A DNA stretch of 55,396 nt from NCBI GenBank assembly GCA_014376535.1, contig JACMRH010000340.1:1-55396 (forward strand), read 5' to 3'. A program made the translations under genes and the position numbers. The notes under the pieces are model-generated. The model saw only the letters and a list, made by a program, of their open reading frames with translations. It ran no database searches and was not told where the DNA came from. Below, in pieces: positions 9,527-18,646 of the stretch. The stretch is from Cytophagales bacterium. GTDB taxonomy: Bacteria > Bacteroidota > Bacteroidia > Cytophagales > UBA9547. Each line of letters starts with the position of its first letter. Position 1 is the stretch's first letter.

Positions 9527-9613
9527 GATGAGTTATGAGTGATGAGTGATGAATAAGGTCACCATGATTCGAACTCAGCATTTATAACTCATAATTTATA
9601 ACTCATAATTATT
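9527..9613 (+). repeat. inverted heptad-repeat arms forming a long imperfect hairpin between ftsA and ftsZ
   Basis: Arm 1 is GATGAGT TATGAGT GATGAGT GATGAAT (9527-9554). Arm 2 is (TTATAACTCATAAT)x2 (9582-9609). Hand pairing of 9528-9554 with 9580-9606 gives 22 Watson-Crick pairs, 3 G-U pairs and 2 mismatches, with a 25-nt loop. Confidence 0.7.
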
Positions 9614-9619
9614 AAAGAC

Positions 9620-11164
9620 ATGCAAGACACAATGTATTCCTTCGACATCCCCGCGGTGTCAAAATCCATCATCAAGGTGATTGGAGTTGGAGGTGGGGGC
9701 TGCAATGCAGTGAACCACATGTATAACCAAGGCATTAAAGACGTAGAATTTATTATCTGCAATACAGATGCTCAAGTACTTAAAACGAGTCCTGTACCAA
9801 ATAAGTTACAAATAGGTACCAGTCTTACCAAAGGATTAGGAGCTGGAACAAATCCTGAAATTGGAAGAAGTGCAGCACTTGAAAGCCGCGATGAAATTCG
9901 CGAAAAACTTTACGGAAGTACCGAAATGGCCTTTATTACTGCAGGTATGGGAGGTGGTACAGGAACAGGTGCGGCTCCGGTTATTGCTAAAATAGCCAAG
10001 GAAATGGACATCCTTACTGTAGGGATTGTGACAATGCCTTTTTCTTTCGAAGGAAAGAAAAAAAGAGACCTGGCGGAAAAAGGAATTGCAGAGTTAAAAG
10101 AATATTGCGATACAGTTATCATCATCATGAATGATAAAATCCGTGAGATATTTGGAAACACTAGTCTATTCGCTGCTTTTTCTCATGCAGACAATGTACT
10201 GACTGCAGCCGCAAAATCTATTGCAGAGATCATTACAATGCCAGGGATCCTAAATATTGACTTTGCAGATGTGAAAACTGTAATGCAAAATTCTGGTGCT
10301 GCAGTAATGGGTGCCGCAGTTGCAAGCGGAAAGGAAAGAGCAAAACAAGCGGCCGAAGAAGCACTGCATTCTCCTCTGTTAAATAATACCGATATCAAAG
10401 GAGCTCAAAAAATATTGGTGTCTATTATGGGATCAAATATGGAATCCATTACAATGGATGAGTTTGTTCAGATAAATGACTATTTCCAGGAAATGGCTGG
10501 TGAAGATGCCAACTTAAAATGTGGTATCAGTGTAGATGAAACTTTGGGTGAATCTATCAGGGTAACAGTAATTGCAACTGGTTTTGCAACAGCATTTGAC
10601 AAAGTTTATTCTGAAGAACCAGTTAGAAAGGTAATTGACCTGAATTCTAGTAAACCTATTTCTCCGGCAGAACCAAAAGTAGAGTTTCAATATGTACAAC
10701 CACAATTGTTTGTCACCAAATCTGTAGAACAACATGTGTTTGTTCCCGAAAATCCGGTTTATCAGGAACAAAGATATCCTGAGCCAGTTCAAAAGGTAGA
10801 AGAAAATTTGGAGCAAAATGAGGTGGAAATTGACTTTACTATTCCTGCCCCGAACCAAATCAGTTTGTTTGAGAGTAATAAAGTAGCCCATAAGCCTACC
10901 GAAAACATGGAACTGGACGACAGCAAAAGAGATTTGCTGAAAAGACAGGCTATGGACAGGAAAAACCTGCTTCAAAATACAACCATGTGGAGCATGAATG
11001 CCCAGGAATTTAAAGACAGACTTGAAGTTCCTGCTTATATGCGTAAAAAAGTTGACCTGGAAGATGTTCCACATTCATCTGAAAGAAACATTTCAAGGTT
11101 CAATTTAAATGAAGAAAGCGAGATTATGGGAAACAATAAGTTTCTCCATGATAATGTAGATTAA
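9620..11164 (+). CDS. ftsZ: cell division GTPase FtsZ
   Basis: GGGTGTGAAPV tubulin signature, NTDAQ, a long disordered linker, a conserved C-terminal peptide (VPAYMRKK) and a Bacteroidota-type ...FLHDNVD tail. Confidence 0.95.
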   Translation: MQDTMYSFDIPAVSKSIIKVIGVGGGGCNAVNHMYNQGIKDVEFIICNTDAQVLKTSPVPNKLQIGTSLTKGLGAGTNPEIGRSAALESRDEIREKLYGSTEMAFITAGMGGGTGTGAAPVIAKIAKEMDILTVGIVTMPFSFEGKKKRDLAEKGIAELKEYCDTVIIIMNDKIREIFGNTSLFAAFSHADNVLTAAAKSIAEIITMPGILNIDFADVKTVMQNSGAAVMGAAVASGKERAKQAAEEALHSPLLNNTDIKGAQKILVSIMGSNMESITMDEFVQINDYFQEMAGEDANLKCGISVDETLGESIRVTVIATGFATAFDKVYSEEPVRKVIDLNSSKPISPAEPKVEFQYVQPQLFVTKSVEQHVFVPENPVYQEQRYPEPVQKVEENLEQNEVEIDFTIPAPNQISLFESNKVAHKPTENMELDDSKRDLLKRQAMDRKNLLQNTTMWSMNAQEFKDRLEVPAYMRKKVDLEDVPHSSERNISRFNLNEESEIMGNNKFLHDNVD

Positions 11165-11214
11165 TCCCCAAGCTGTAGACCAAACGGGGACATTTTTTGA
11201 GAATTTCATTTTTT

Positions 11215-11250
11215 GGCCGGCGTTATTTAGGGTTTCGTCGGCCGGTTTTA
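11215..11250 (+). terminator. GC-rich hairpin followed by a short T-run (possible ftsZ terminator)
   Basis: GGCCGGCG (11215-11222) pairs with CGTCGGCC (11236-11243), giving 8 bp with one G-U, followed by GGTTTTA. Confidence 0.3.
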
Positions 11251-11371
11251 AAATACTAGTTGAAGTTGATAACTATCTATGTAAGTTGACAACGGTCGAA
11301 GACCTTGTCAATCTTTGGTGAACAAAAAGTCAATCCTTAACAAATCTTAATCTTAATTGTAAACTGAACAT

Positions 11372-11405
11372 AAAAAAAAGGGAAAACTAAGTTTTCCCTT
11401 TTTTT
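11372..11405. terminator. bidirectional intrinsic terminator between ftsZ and the aminotransferase gene
   Basis: A8, then GGGAAAAC, loop TAA, GTTTTCCC, then T7. The stem is a perfect 8 bp flanked by A and T runs, and it lies between convergent genes. Confidence 0.85.
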
Positions 11406-11446
11406 ATAAATCTAAACCTCTATTTCACAAGGAGATAATCCATTTT

Positions 11447-12664
11447 TTACTTTAATTTTAAAATACTGGCTTTGATATTTTTAAGAGCCTTTGTAAGATT
11501 CTCATCAGAAGCTGCAAATGAAATCCTGATAAAGCCTGGAGTTCCAAATGCATCTCCCGGAACAGTAGAAACGTGAGCATCGTTTAGAAGGTATAAACAT
11601 AAGTCCATTGCTTCATTTATTTTTTGTCCACCTGGTGTCGTTTTGCCAAAGTAGGCCGACACATTTGGATAAAAATAGAATGCTCCCATGGGCAAATTGG
11701 TTTTTAAGCCTGGAATTTCTTTCAATAAACCATAAACTAAGTCTCTCCTTCTAAGAAAGGCTTTGTTCATTTCCATTGTAGGTTCCATTATTCCACCAAT
11801 TGCAGCAACAGCTGCTTTTTGTGCAATAGAACATGTTGCTGAAGTTACCTGGCCTTGTAATTTGTCGCATGCATCGGCTAATGATTTTGGCGCAGCCATA
11901 TAGCCAATCCTCCAGCCTGTCATAGCATATCCTTTAGAAACACCATTTACCAGAGCTGTGCGGTCTTTCATACCTTCGAAGCTTGCAATGCTAACATGTT
12001 TTTCGCCAAAGTTTATAAACTCATAGATCTCATCTGCAATCACATAGATATTGTCATGTTTTACAATTTCTGAAGCTATAGCTTTCAATTCCTTCTCTGT
12101 AAATACAGTTCCAGTAGGATTGCATGGTGAAGAAAACATCACCACTTTCGTTTTGCTGGTTATAGCAGATTTTAATTGTTCTATTGAAGCCTTGAAATCA
12201 TTTTCTATACTTCCTTCAATCAATACAGGAACTCCTTCGGCTAGTTTTACTAATTCCGAATAACTAACCCAATATGGGGAATATATAATGACTTCATCTC
12301 CAGGATTTACAAGGCACAAAAGAGCGTTTGCAATCGATTGTTTTGCGCCTGTAGATACAACGATATTTTCAGGTTTGTATTCTAGGTTATTGTCTCTCTT
12401 TAATTTATCAACTATTGCAGTTTTAAGATCTGGAATACCAGCTACTGGTGTGTAAAAAGTAAACCCATCATCAATAGCTTTCTTAGCAGCATCTTTAATA
12501 TGTTGTGGAGTTTGAAAATCTGGTTCACCAAAACTCAGGTTCACTACAGAAATTCCCTGGGCTGATAATTCCCTGGCCTTTTTAGCCATTCCTATCGTTG
12601 CTGATTCTTCTAACGCGTTTATTCGGTCAGACAGTGCTTTTAACGTTTCTGCTACTGCGCTCAT
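11447..12664 (-). CDS. pyridoxal-phosphate-dependent aminotransferase, class I (aspartate aminotransferase-like)
   Basis: Motifs GEPDF, SPCNPTG and SKGYAMTGWRIGY (PLP lysine region). Start set at the ATG at 12664, because the GTG at 12685 lies upstream of the predicted transcription start of the -7 box at 12687-12694. Confidence 0.85.
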   Translation of the reverse strand: MSAVAETLKALSDRINALEESATIGMAKKARELSAQGISVVNLSFGEPDFQTPQHIKDAAKKAIDDGFTFYTPVAGIPDLKTAIVDKLKRDNNLEYKPENIVVSTGAKQSIANALLCLVNPGDEVIIYSPYWVSYSELVKLAEGVPVLIEGSIENDFKASIEQLKSAITSKTKVVMFSSPCNPTGTVFTEKELKAIASEIVKHDNIYVIADEIYEFINFGEKHVSIASFEGMKDRTALVNGVSKGYAMTGWRIGYMAAPKSLADACDKLQGQVTSATCSIAQKAAVAAIGGIMEPTMEMNKAFLRRRDLVYGLLKEIPGLKTNLPMGAFYFYPNVSAYFGKTTPGGQKINEAMDLCLYLLNDAHVSTVPGDAFGTPGFIRISFAASDENLTKALKNIKASILKLK

Positions 12665-12686
12665 GTTTTGTTTATTTTGAAACACA

Positions 12687-12694
12687 CAAAAATA
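12687..12694 (-). promoter_or_regulatory. Bacteroidota-type -7 box TATTTTTG (TAnnTTTG) for the aminotransferase gene
   Basis: Exact TAnnTTTG match on the minus strand, about 20 nt upstream of the ATG at 12664. Confidence 0.4.
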
Positions 12695-12736
12695 GTTAAT
12701 AGTAAGTAGTTTTCTGTTGAAGAATTTCAGTCTTTT
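12695..12736 (+). repeat. degenerate GT-phased heptad tract GTTAATA GTAAGTA GTTTTCT GTTGAAG AATTTCA GTCTTTT
   Basis: GT recurs at an exact 7-nt period in 5 of 6 units. The tract lies in the divergent spacer between the aminotransferase gene and aguA. Confidence 0.5.
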
Positions 12737-12793
12737 TTACTTGCACTAATATTTGCACCATTATCTTAGTAATTTTGACTTTCAATAATATTA

Positions 12794-13858
12794 ATGAATA
12801 CTGTCTTTAGTGAAGTTACCCCCTCTGAATTAGGTTTTTTTATGCCAGCTGAATGGCAAAAACAAGAAGCCATTTGGTTTTCATGGCCTTATAATGAAGA
12901 AACCTGGCCTGGATTATTTGATAGAATACCTGGTGTTTATGCCCAAATAGTGTTTCACCTAAGCCAGGATCAGATAGTGAAGATTAATGTAAGGGACGCT
13001 GATCATGAGAAAGCTGTTAAAAATATTTTATTAAAGGCCAACGCCAATTTAAATGCAGTAAAATTTTATCACATTCCAACAAATGATGCCTGGTGCCGGG
13101 ACCACGGTCCTACATTTTTGATAAGGAACAATAATGGTTTGAATGAAAAAGCTATTATCAACTGGCAATTTAACTCCTGGGGTGGAAAGTATCCGTTCGA
13201 ACTTGATAATGCTGTTCCGGAATCCATTTTAAAATTTGAAAATTACAAGTCTTTCAATCCCGGAATTGTGATGGAAGGTGGATCTATTGAAGTGAATGGA
13301 GCAGGTTCAGTTTTGACTACCAAAGCTTGTTTATTGAACCAAAACAGAAATTCACATTTAAGTCAATCTCAAGTTGAAGATTATCTGAAAGCTTATTTAG
13401 GAATAAATCAGGTTTTGTGGTTGGAAGATGGAATATCTGGAGACGATACAAACGGACATGTTGATGATTTAAGCCGGTTTGTAAATGAAAATACTATTGT
13501 TACCATAATGGAAGAAGATCCTTCCGATGAGAATTATAAAATTCTAAAGGAAAATATGCACCTTTTGAAAGGGATGAGAAACCTGAATGGTAAACCTTTC
13601 GATATTATTTCATTACCTATGCCAGAACCGGTAATACATCAAGGTGAAAGGCTTCCCGCGAGCTATGCCAATTTTCTAATTGCCAACAAGATTGTATTGG
13701 TGCCGGTTTTTCAGGATAAAAATGATAAGGTTGCATTGGATATTTTGCAGAAATGTTTTCCTGACAGAAAGATTATAGGGATAAATTGTAGAGACCTGGT
13801 TGCTGGATTAGGGACCTTGCATTGTATAAGTCAACAGGAACCTTTCGTTAGTATATAG
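12794..13858 (+). CDS. aguA: agmatine deiminase (Porphyromonas-type peptidyl-arginine deiminase family)
   Basis: MPAEWQKQEAIWFSWP, CRDHGP, GGSIEVNGAGSVLTT, GHVDD and C-terminal GTLHCISQQEP (catalytic Cys). Confidence 0.85.
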   Translation: MNTVFSEVTPSELGFFMPAEWQKQEAIWFSWPYNEETWPGLFDRIPGVYAQIVFHLSQDQIVKINVRDADHEKAVKNILLKANANLNAVKFYHIPTNDAWCRDHGPTFLIRNNNGLNEKAIINWQFNSWGGKYPFELDNAVPESILKFENYKSFNPGIVMEGGSIEVNGAGSVLTTKACLLNQNRNSHLSQSQVEDYLKAYLGINQVLWLEDGISGDDTNGHVDDLSRFVNENTIVTIMEEDPSDENYKILKENMHLLKGMRNLNGKPFDIISLPMPEPVIHQGERLPASYANFLIANKIVLVPVFQDKNDKVALDILQKCFPDRKIIGINCRDLVAGLGTLHCISQQEPFVSI

Positions 13859-13878
13859 TATTGAGTATCAAGTATCAA
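13851..13878 (+). repeat. heptad tract GTATATA GTATTGA GTATCAA GTATCAA
   Basis: Four in-phase 7-mers overlapping the aguA stop codon (13856-13858). Confidence 0.7.
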
Positions 13879-13903
13879 AATTTAACTCCTGTAATTAGAA
13901 AGT

Positions 13904-14434
13904 ATGTTAAATAATTTGGCTGAAATTAACTCTAAAACTGGTGAAGGCGGTTTGGTTATAACCAAAGTAGATGATCTTTTAAATTGGGCCAGGTTATCCT
14001 CTATTTGGCCAATGGGGTTTGGGCTTGCCTGCTGTGCTATTGAAATGATGGCTACTTATGCTTCAGGATATGATTTAGATAGGTTTGGCGTAATCCCCAG
14101 GGCTAGCCCAAGGCAGTCTGATGTGATGATAGTGGCCGGGACTGTAACATTTAAAATGGCTGATCGGGTAAGAAGATTATATGATCAGATGCCAGAACCC
14201 AGATATGTTATTTCAATGGGTTCTTGCTCAAATTGTGGCGGACCATATTGGGAACATGGTTACCATGTAGTAAAGGGTGTGGATAGAATTATCCCAGTTG
14301 ATGTTTATGTTCCGGGTTGCCCGCCAAGGCCGGAAGCATTAATTGGAGGAATACTAAAACTTCAGGAGAAAATAAGGACAGAGAATACCTTTGTTCCCTC
14401 TAAATTACTTGAAATATTAAACAAGCGGGCTTAA
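13904..14434 (+). CDS. nuoB: NADH-quinone oxidoreductase subunit B (NuoB/NDH-1 20-kDa subunit)
   Basis: [10 protein letters not shown], a [10 protein letters not shown]-type region and [10 protein letters not shown] (N2 cluster cysteines). Confidence 0.9.
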   Translation: MLNNLAEINSKTGEGGLVITKVDDLLNWARLSSIWPMGFGLACCAIEMMATYASGYDLDRFGVIPRASPRQSDVMIVAGTVTFKMADRVRRLYDQMPEPRYVISMGSCSNCGGPYWEHGYHVVKGVDRIIPVDVYVPGCPPRPEALIGGILKLQEKIRTENTFVPSKLLEILNKRA

Positions 14435-16353
14435 TGCTTTCTGGTTTTTGACATCTTTTCCTTGAAATATTTTCTCAGAACAAGCTTTACATTTGCGTAA
14501 TTAGAATCTAAACCTTCCCTTTTCAGAAGAACACTTGCTAAAGCTTCATTGTATTTAATAAAGTTTTTAGCCTGCATCTTTTGTTCAATGTCCTTTCTTG
14601 TAATAGTATCAGATAAATACTTTTCAATCATTAAGCTTGCAATTGGAGCTGCCCATTTATCTCCAAATCCAGCGTTTTCAACATAAACGGCAATGGCAAT
14701 TTTGGGATTATATCTTGGGGCAAATGCCATAAATACTGAGTGGTCTTCTCCGTGCGGATTCTGCGCTGTACCTGTTTTTCCACAATATGGAATACCTTCT
14801 ATGTGCGACCGATAGGCTGTTCCGAAATCAACAACATCGAACATTCCATTGGTAACGGTTGTAAAATTAGCAGGATCTATTTTTGTATAATTTTTCTTCA
14901 AATATTTGGCATCCACCATATTTTTATCACCTATTTTCTTAATGATGTGTGGTATATGATAATAGCCTCTGTTAGCCAGGGTTGCTGCTACGTTTGCCAT
15001 CTGCAGGGGCACAACCAATATTTCTCCCTGACCAATTCCAAGAGAAAAAATGGTTTTAAAAGCCCAGCGGTTATCTCCGTAAACTTTATCATAGAACGCA
15101 TGAGTAGGGACACGTCCACTTTTCTCATTTGGCAGATCCACTCCTAATTTTGTTCCCAGGTTGAAACTTTTTACATAATCATACCAGATATCAAAACCTT
15201 TGGCAGCATCTACATATGCATTTGGAGATAATCCTCTTTGAAGCATAGTATTGTAAAGGACATAAAAATAGGGATTACATGAATGCTGTATTGCCCCACG
15301 CATTCCAATAGCAGGTGGGTGATTATGACAGTTAATCAGGCCTTTATTACAAGGCAGTGACCTGCTGGAATCTATAAGATGATCCTGGAGGCCTATTAAA
15401 CTCTGAATGATTTTAAAGGTAGAACCTGGGGGGTACATAGCCTGTAATGCCCTGTTGTATAATGGCTTGTAATAATTTTTACTGAGTAGATTATAATTTT
15501 TAGAAAATTGTTTACCAACTAATAGGTTTGGATCGTATGTGGGTGCAGATATAAGGCAAAGAATTTCTCCGGTGGCTGGTTCTATCGCTACTATACTTCC
15601 AATTTTGCCCTGCATTATTTGTTCGCCGTAAGCCTGGAGTTTAACATCTACTGTACTGGTCATGTTTTCACCGGCTACCGACAAGGTATCGTATTCACCA
15701 TTTTTAAACTCCCCTTTTTCTGCTCCTTTTACATCTACCATTACGTATCGAACACCTCGTTTTCCACGTAGTTGTTTCTCGTAAATTTCTTCTATGCCGC
15801 TTATCCCTATATAGTCACCAGATTTATAATTGTCTTTCCCTAACAACTCAATTCTTTCTTTACTAACCTCACCAATATACCCCAATGCATTAGCCATGCA
15901 TTTGAATGGATAATCTCTAACCGAACGTGCCTGAACATAAAATCCGGGATAATCAACAATTTTGTCCTGTACACGGGCCCAATCCTGGGTTGATAGGGTA
16001 GGCATAAAAACTGAAGGCTTTACCTTTGAATACCTTCTGGCTTCTCTTAATCTTAACCTAACCTCTTCAACAGTTAGCCCAAAGGTATTACTGAAAGTTA
16101 CAGTATCTGGAATTTTAACATCTTTTGGAATAACCATGATGTCAAACACCGGCGAGTTAGCAACAAGCATTTCCCCCTTCCTATCAAATATTACTCCCCG
16201 ATAAGGATACACAGTAATTCTCTGAATGCTGTTTTGCATTGCAGAATCCTTATAAGTTTGATCAATAGTCTGCAACCAAAGAAGTTTCAGCAGATAGATA
16301 ACTCCAACTGCCACAATAATGATCTGAATTATATACTTACGTTGTTCTAACAT
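14431..16353 (-). CDS. mrdA: penicillin-binding protein 2 (elongasome D,D-transpeptidase)
   Basis: N-terminal TM anchor, PBP dimerisation region, STFK active-site motif (PPGSTFKI) and KTGTA. It follows mreD. Its stop overlaps the nuoB stop (convergent, 4 nt). Confidence 0.9.
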   Translation of the reverse strand: MLEQRKYIIQIIIVAVGVIYLLKLLWLQTIDQTYKDSAMQNSIQRITVYPYRGVIFDRKGEMLVANSPVFDIMVIPKDVKIPDTVTFSNTFGLTVEEVRLRLREARRYSKVKPSVFMPTLSTQDWARVQDKIVDYPGFYVQARSVRDYPFKCMANALGYIGEVSKERIELLGKDNYKSGDYIGISGIEEIYEKQLRGKRGVRYVMVDVKGAEKGEFKNGEYDTLSVAGENMTSTVDVKLQAYGEQIMQGKIGSIVAIEPATGEILCLISAPTYDPNLLVGKQFSKNYNLLSKNYYKPLYNRALQAMYPPGSTFKIIQSLIGLQDHLIDSSRSLPCNKGLINCHNHPPAIGMRGAIQHSCNPYFYVLYNTMLQRGLSPNAYVDAAKGFDIWYDYVKSFNLGTKLGVDLPNEKSGRVPTHAFYDKVYGDNRWAFKTIFSLGIGQGEILVVPLQMANVAATLANRGYYHIPHIIKKIGDKNMVDAKYLKKNYTKIDPANFTTVTNGMFDVVDFGTAYRSHIEGIPYCGKTGTAQNPHGEDHSVFMAFAPRYNPKIAIAVYVENAGFGDKWAAPIASLMIEKYLSDTITRKDIEQKMQAKNFIKYNEALASVLLKREGLDSNYANVKLVLRKYFKEKMSKTRKH

Positions 16354-16367
16354 AGACCCTTATCCAA

Positions 16368-16883
16368 TTAAACTAGTTTATTGGAAGAAAGCATGTACTG
16401 CATTAAAATAAAAGTAAAACTTGTAAGGATTGTACTTAACAAACTTCTAAAGAATGTGGTAAAGAAGTTTGCGAAGCTGAAGCTCTCAAGAAAGAATAGA
16501 AAAAAGTGATGAGAGGCAACTAAGATTAAAGTGTAGGAAATAATCCATCTAATACCTAAAATATGAACAGAAACCGGAGTATGTTCATCATACCCTCCGG
16601 ATGGAGTAATAAATTTTACTACAGTCGGCCTGATAAATGCCATTAAAGTACAAGCTGCAGCATGAAGGCCTGGTGAGTCATAAAAAATATCGATCAGTAG
16701 TCCATAACCCAACCCTAATAACAAAAGCAAATTTTTGTTTGTAGACATGGGCAATAACAATAGAAAATACAAATAGGGAAAGCAGAAAGCAAGACCAAAT
16801 ATGCCAAACTTGAAAAAGAAAATCTGGACCAGGAAAAGAAGGAAAAAATTGAGAATTATCTTAATTATGTCGGTTGCGGTCAT
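16368..16883 (-). CDS. mreD: rod shape-determining protein MreD
   Basis: Small polytopic membrane protein with the MreD-like core LLIDIFYDSPGLHAAACTLMAFIRP, lying 14 nt upstream of mrdA. I prefer the ATG at 16883 over the TTG at 16910. Confidence 0.75.
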   Translation of the reverse strand: MTATDIIKIILNFFLLFLVQIFFFKFGIFGLAFCFPYLYFLLLLPMSTNKNLLLLLGLGYGLLIDIFYDSPGLHAAACTLMAFIRPTVVKFITPSGGYDEHTPVSVHILGIRWIISYTLILVASHHFFLFFLESFSFANFFTTFFRSLLSTILTSFTFILMQYMLSSNKLV

Positions 16884-16955
16884 TGCTTCCTGCTGATTTC
16901 TTTGTTGCAATTTAATACAAATTGCATCTGTGAACTATATCTGTTATTTTAAATC

Positions 16956-18425
16956 TTAGCGACTATAATTAGGGGCTTCTTTTGTAATCTGTACATCGTG
17001 GGGATGGCTTTCTTTTACTCCTGCAGCTGTTATTTTTACAAACATAGCTTTTTGGAGAGAATCAATATTTTTTGAACCACAATAACCCATTCCCGCTTTC
17101 AGGCCTCCGATTAACTGATACACAATTTCAAAAGCGCGGCCTTTGAATGGAACGCGTCCTACTATACCTTCAGGAACTAATTTTTTTATATCATCTTCAG
17201 CATCCTGAAAATATCGGTCTTTTGAGCCATCTTCCATTGCTTCCAGGGAGCCCATTCCCCTGTAATTTTTAAATTTTCTACCTTCAAAAATCACCATTTC
17301 TCCAGGTGCTTCTTCTGTCCCTGCAAGCAGAGATCCAATCATGACAGTACTGGCACCTCCGGCAATAGCTTTCACAATGTCACCGGAGAAACGAATTCCT
17401 CCGTCTGCAATCACAGGAACATCAGTACCTTCCAAGGCTTTTGCTGCTTCTATTACCGCACTTAGCTGAGGAATTCCAACACCTGCAATAATTCTTGTTG
17501 TACAAATACTTCCTGGCCCGACGCCAACTTTAACTGCATCTGCGCCAGCATCAGCCAATGCTTTTGCACCTGCACCTGTGGCAACATTCCCAACTATCAC
17601 CTGAAGATTGGGGAATGTTTTTTTTACCTCTTTCAGCATATTAATCACACCTAAAGAATGGCCATGGGCAGTATCAATGCTGATTACATCCACGCCGGCG
17701 GCATTCAAGGCTTCAATCCTTTGAATAGTATCATGGGTTACACCAACGGCAGCTCCAACACGTAAACGCCCGTACTCATCTTTGCATGAATGTGGGTGAT
17801 CTCTCCTTTTTAAAATGTCTTTATAAGTAATCAATCCGACCAACTTGTAATTTTTGTCTACAATTGGCAATTTTTCAATAGTATATTGCTGAAGCATATT
17901 TTCAGCTTCACTCAAATTTATTCCCTGATTTGCAACCACCAGGTTTTCAGTGGTCATAATTTCTCTTATCGGCCTTTTGGGGTCTTTTTGAAACCTGATG
18001 TCCCGATTGGTGATTATTCCAACCAGTTTTTTGTTTTCATCCACAACAGGAATTCCACCTATCCTGAATTCCTTCATAATATTTAAGGCATCCTGTAATA
18101 TAGAATTCTGATCTAATGTTATTGGATCTAAGATCAATCCACTTTCTGAGCGTTTTACTTTGCGAACATGGTTTGCCTGCTCCTCTATGCTCATATTTTT
18201 GTGTATGATGGCAATGCCACCTTCCTGGGCCATTGCTACGGCCATTTCGTATTCTGAAACGGTGTCCATGGCAGCAGATATAAGGGGAATATTCAGGTCA
18301 ATTCCACGGGTTAATTTAGTTTTGGTTTGAACATCCCTGGGTAAAACTTCTGAATAGGCCGGGATGAGAAGCACGTCATCGTAAGTGAGGGCTTCGTATA
18401 AAACTTTGTGATCGAGGTAGGGCAT
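16956..18425 (-). CDS. guaB: IMP dehydrogenase
   Basis: [10 protein letters not shown], tandem CBS insert, [11 protein letters not shown]-like catalytic loop ([11 protein letters not shown]), GGIRFSGD. I prefer the ATG at 18425 over the TTG at 18431. Confidence 0.95.
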   Translation of the reverse strand: MPYLDHKVLYEALTYDDVLLIPAYSEVLPRDVQTKTKLTRGIDLNIPLISAAMDTVSEYEMAVAMAQEGGIAIIHKNMSIEEQANHVRKVKRSESGLILDPITLDQNSILQDALNIMKEFRIGGIPVVDENKKLVGIITNRDIRFQKDPKRPIREIMTTENLVVANQGINLSEAENMLQQYTIEKLPIVDKNYKLVGLITYKDILKRRDHPHSCKDEYGRLRVGAAVGVTHDTIQRIEALNAAGVDVISIDTAHGHSLGVINMLKEVKKTFPNLQVIVGNVATGAGAKALADAGADAVKVGVGPGSICTTRIIAGVGIPQLSAVIEAAKALEGTDVPVIADGGIRFSGDIVKAIAGGASTVMIGSLLAGTEEAPGEMVIFEGRKFKNYRGMGSLEAMEDGSKDRYFQDAEDDIKKLVPEGIVGRVPFKGRAFEIVYQLIGGLKAGMGYCGSKNIDSLQKAMFVKITAAGVKESHPHDVQITKEAPNYSR

Positions 18426-18457
18426 ATGCAAATAATTGCGATTGATTACTTGCGGGG

Positions 18458-18465
18458 CAAAGTTA
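18458..18465 (-). promoter_or_regulatory. -7 box TAACTTTG for guaB
   Basis: Exact TAnnTTTG on the minus strand, about 30 nt upstream of the guaB ATG. Confidence 0.4.
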
Positions 18466-18514
18466 CAGGAAAACAGATGCTTTTACAAAGATTTCAAAGA
18501 AGTACAGTTTAAAT

Positions 18515-18542
18515 AATTATGAATTATGAATTATGAATTCAC
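18515..18542 (+). repeat. heptad tandem repeat (AATTATG)x3 plus AATTCAC
   Basis: Three perfect 7-mers and one degenerate unit in the divergent spacer between guaB and the NlpC/P60 gene. Confidence 0.8.
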
Positions 18543-18646
18543 TTAGTCTAACAAACAAAAAGACGAATCTTTAACTTATTCAAAATTTAACCTGAAATTA
18601 TTTGCTTGTTAGGCAGCATTTTATAATTTAACAGGAATTTTAATAG

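Noticed and set aside
9561-9580. A tRNA T-arm-like string, GATTCGAACTC, in the loop of the ftsA-ftsZ hairpin.
   Set aside because: It does not match GGTTCGAATCC, and no acceptor, D or anticodon stems can be drawn around it. I found no tRNA gene in the window.
7241-9613. The short tandem repeats as a CRISPR array or a mobile-element (MITE) family.
   Set aside because: Units are only 7 nt, directly abutting with no spacers. There are no terminal inverted repeats with target duplications, and no cas or transposase genes anywhere in the window.
10514-11074. 186-aa ORF antisense to the ftsZ linker region, and similar long antisense ORFs at 14740-15147, 31297-31728, 25162-25491, 39162-39530 and 47221-47523.
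   Set aside because: Each lies wholly inside a confidently identified gene on the opposite strand (ftsZ, mrdA, queD, the thioredoxin-domain gene, leuS, sucD). They have odd, Leu/Phe/Ser/Cys-rich composition and no motifs. These are typical shadow ORFs.
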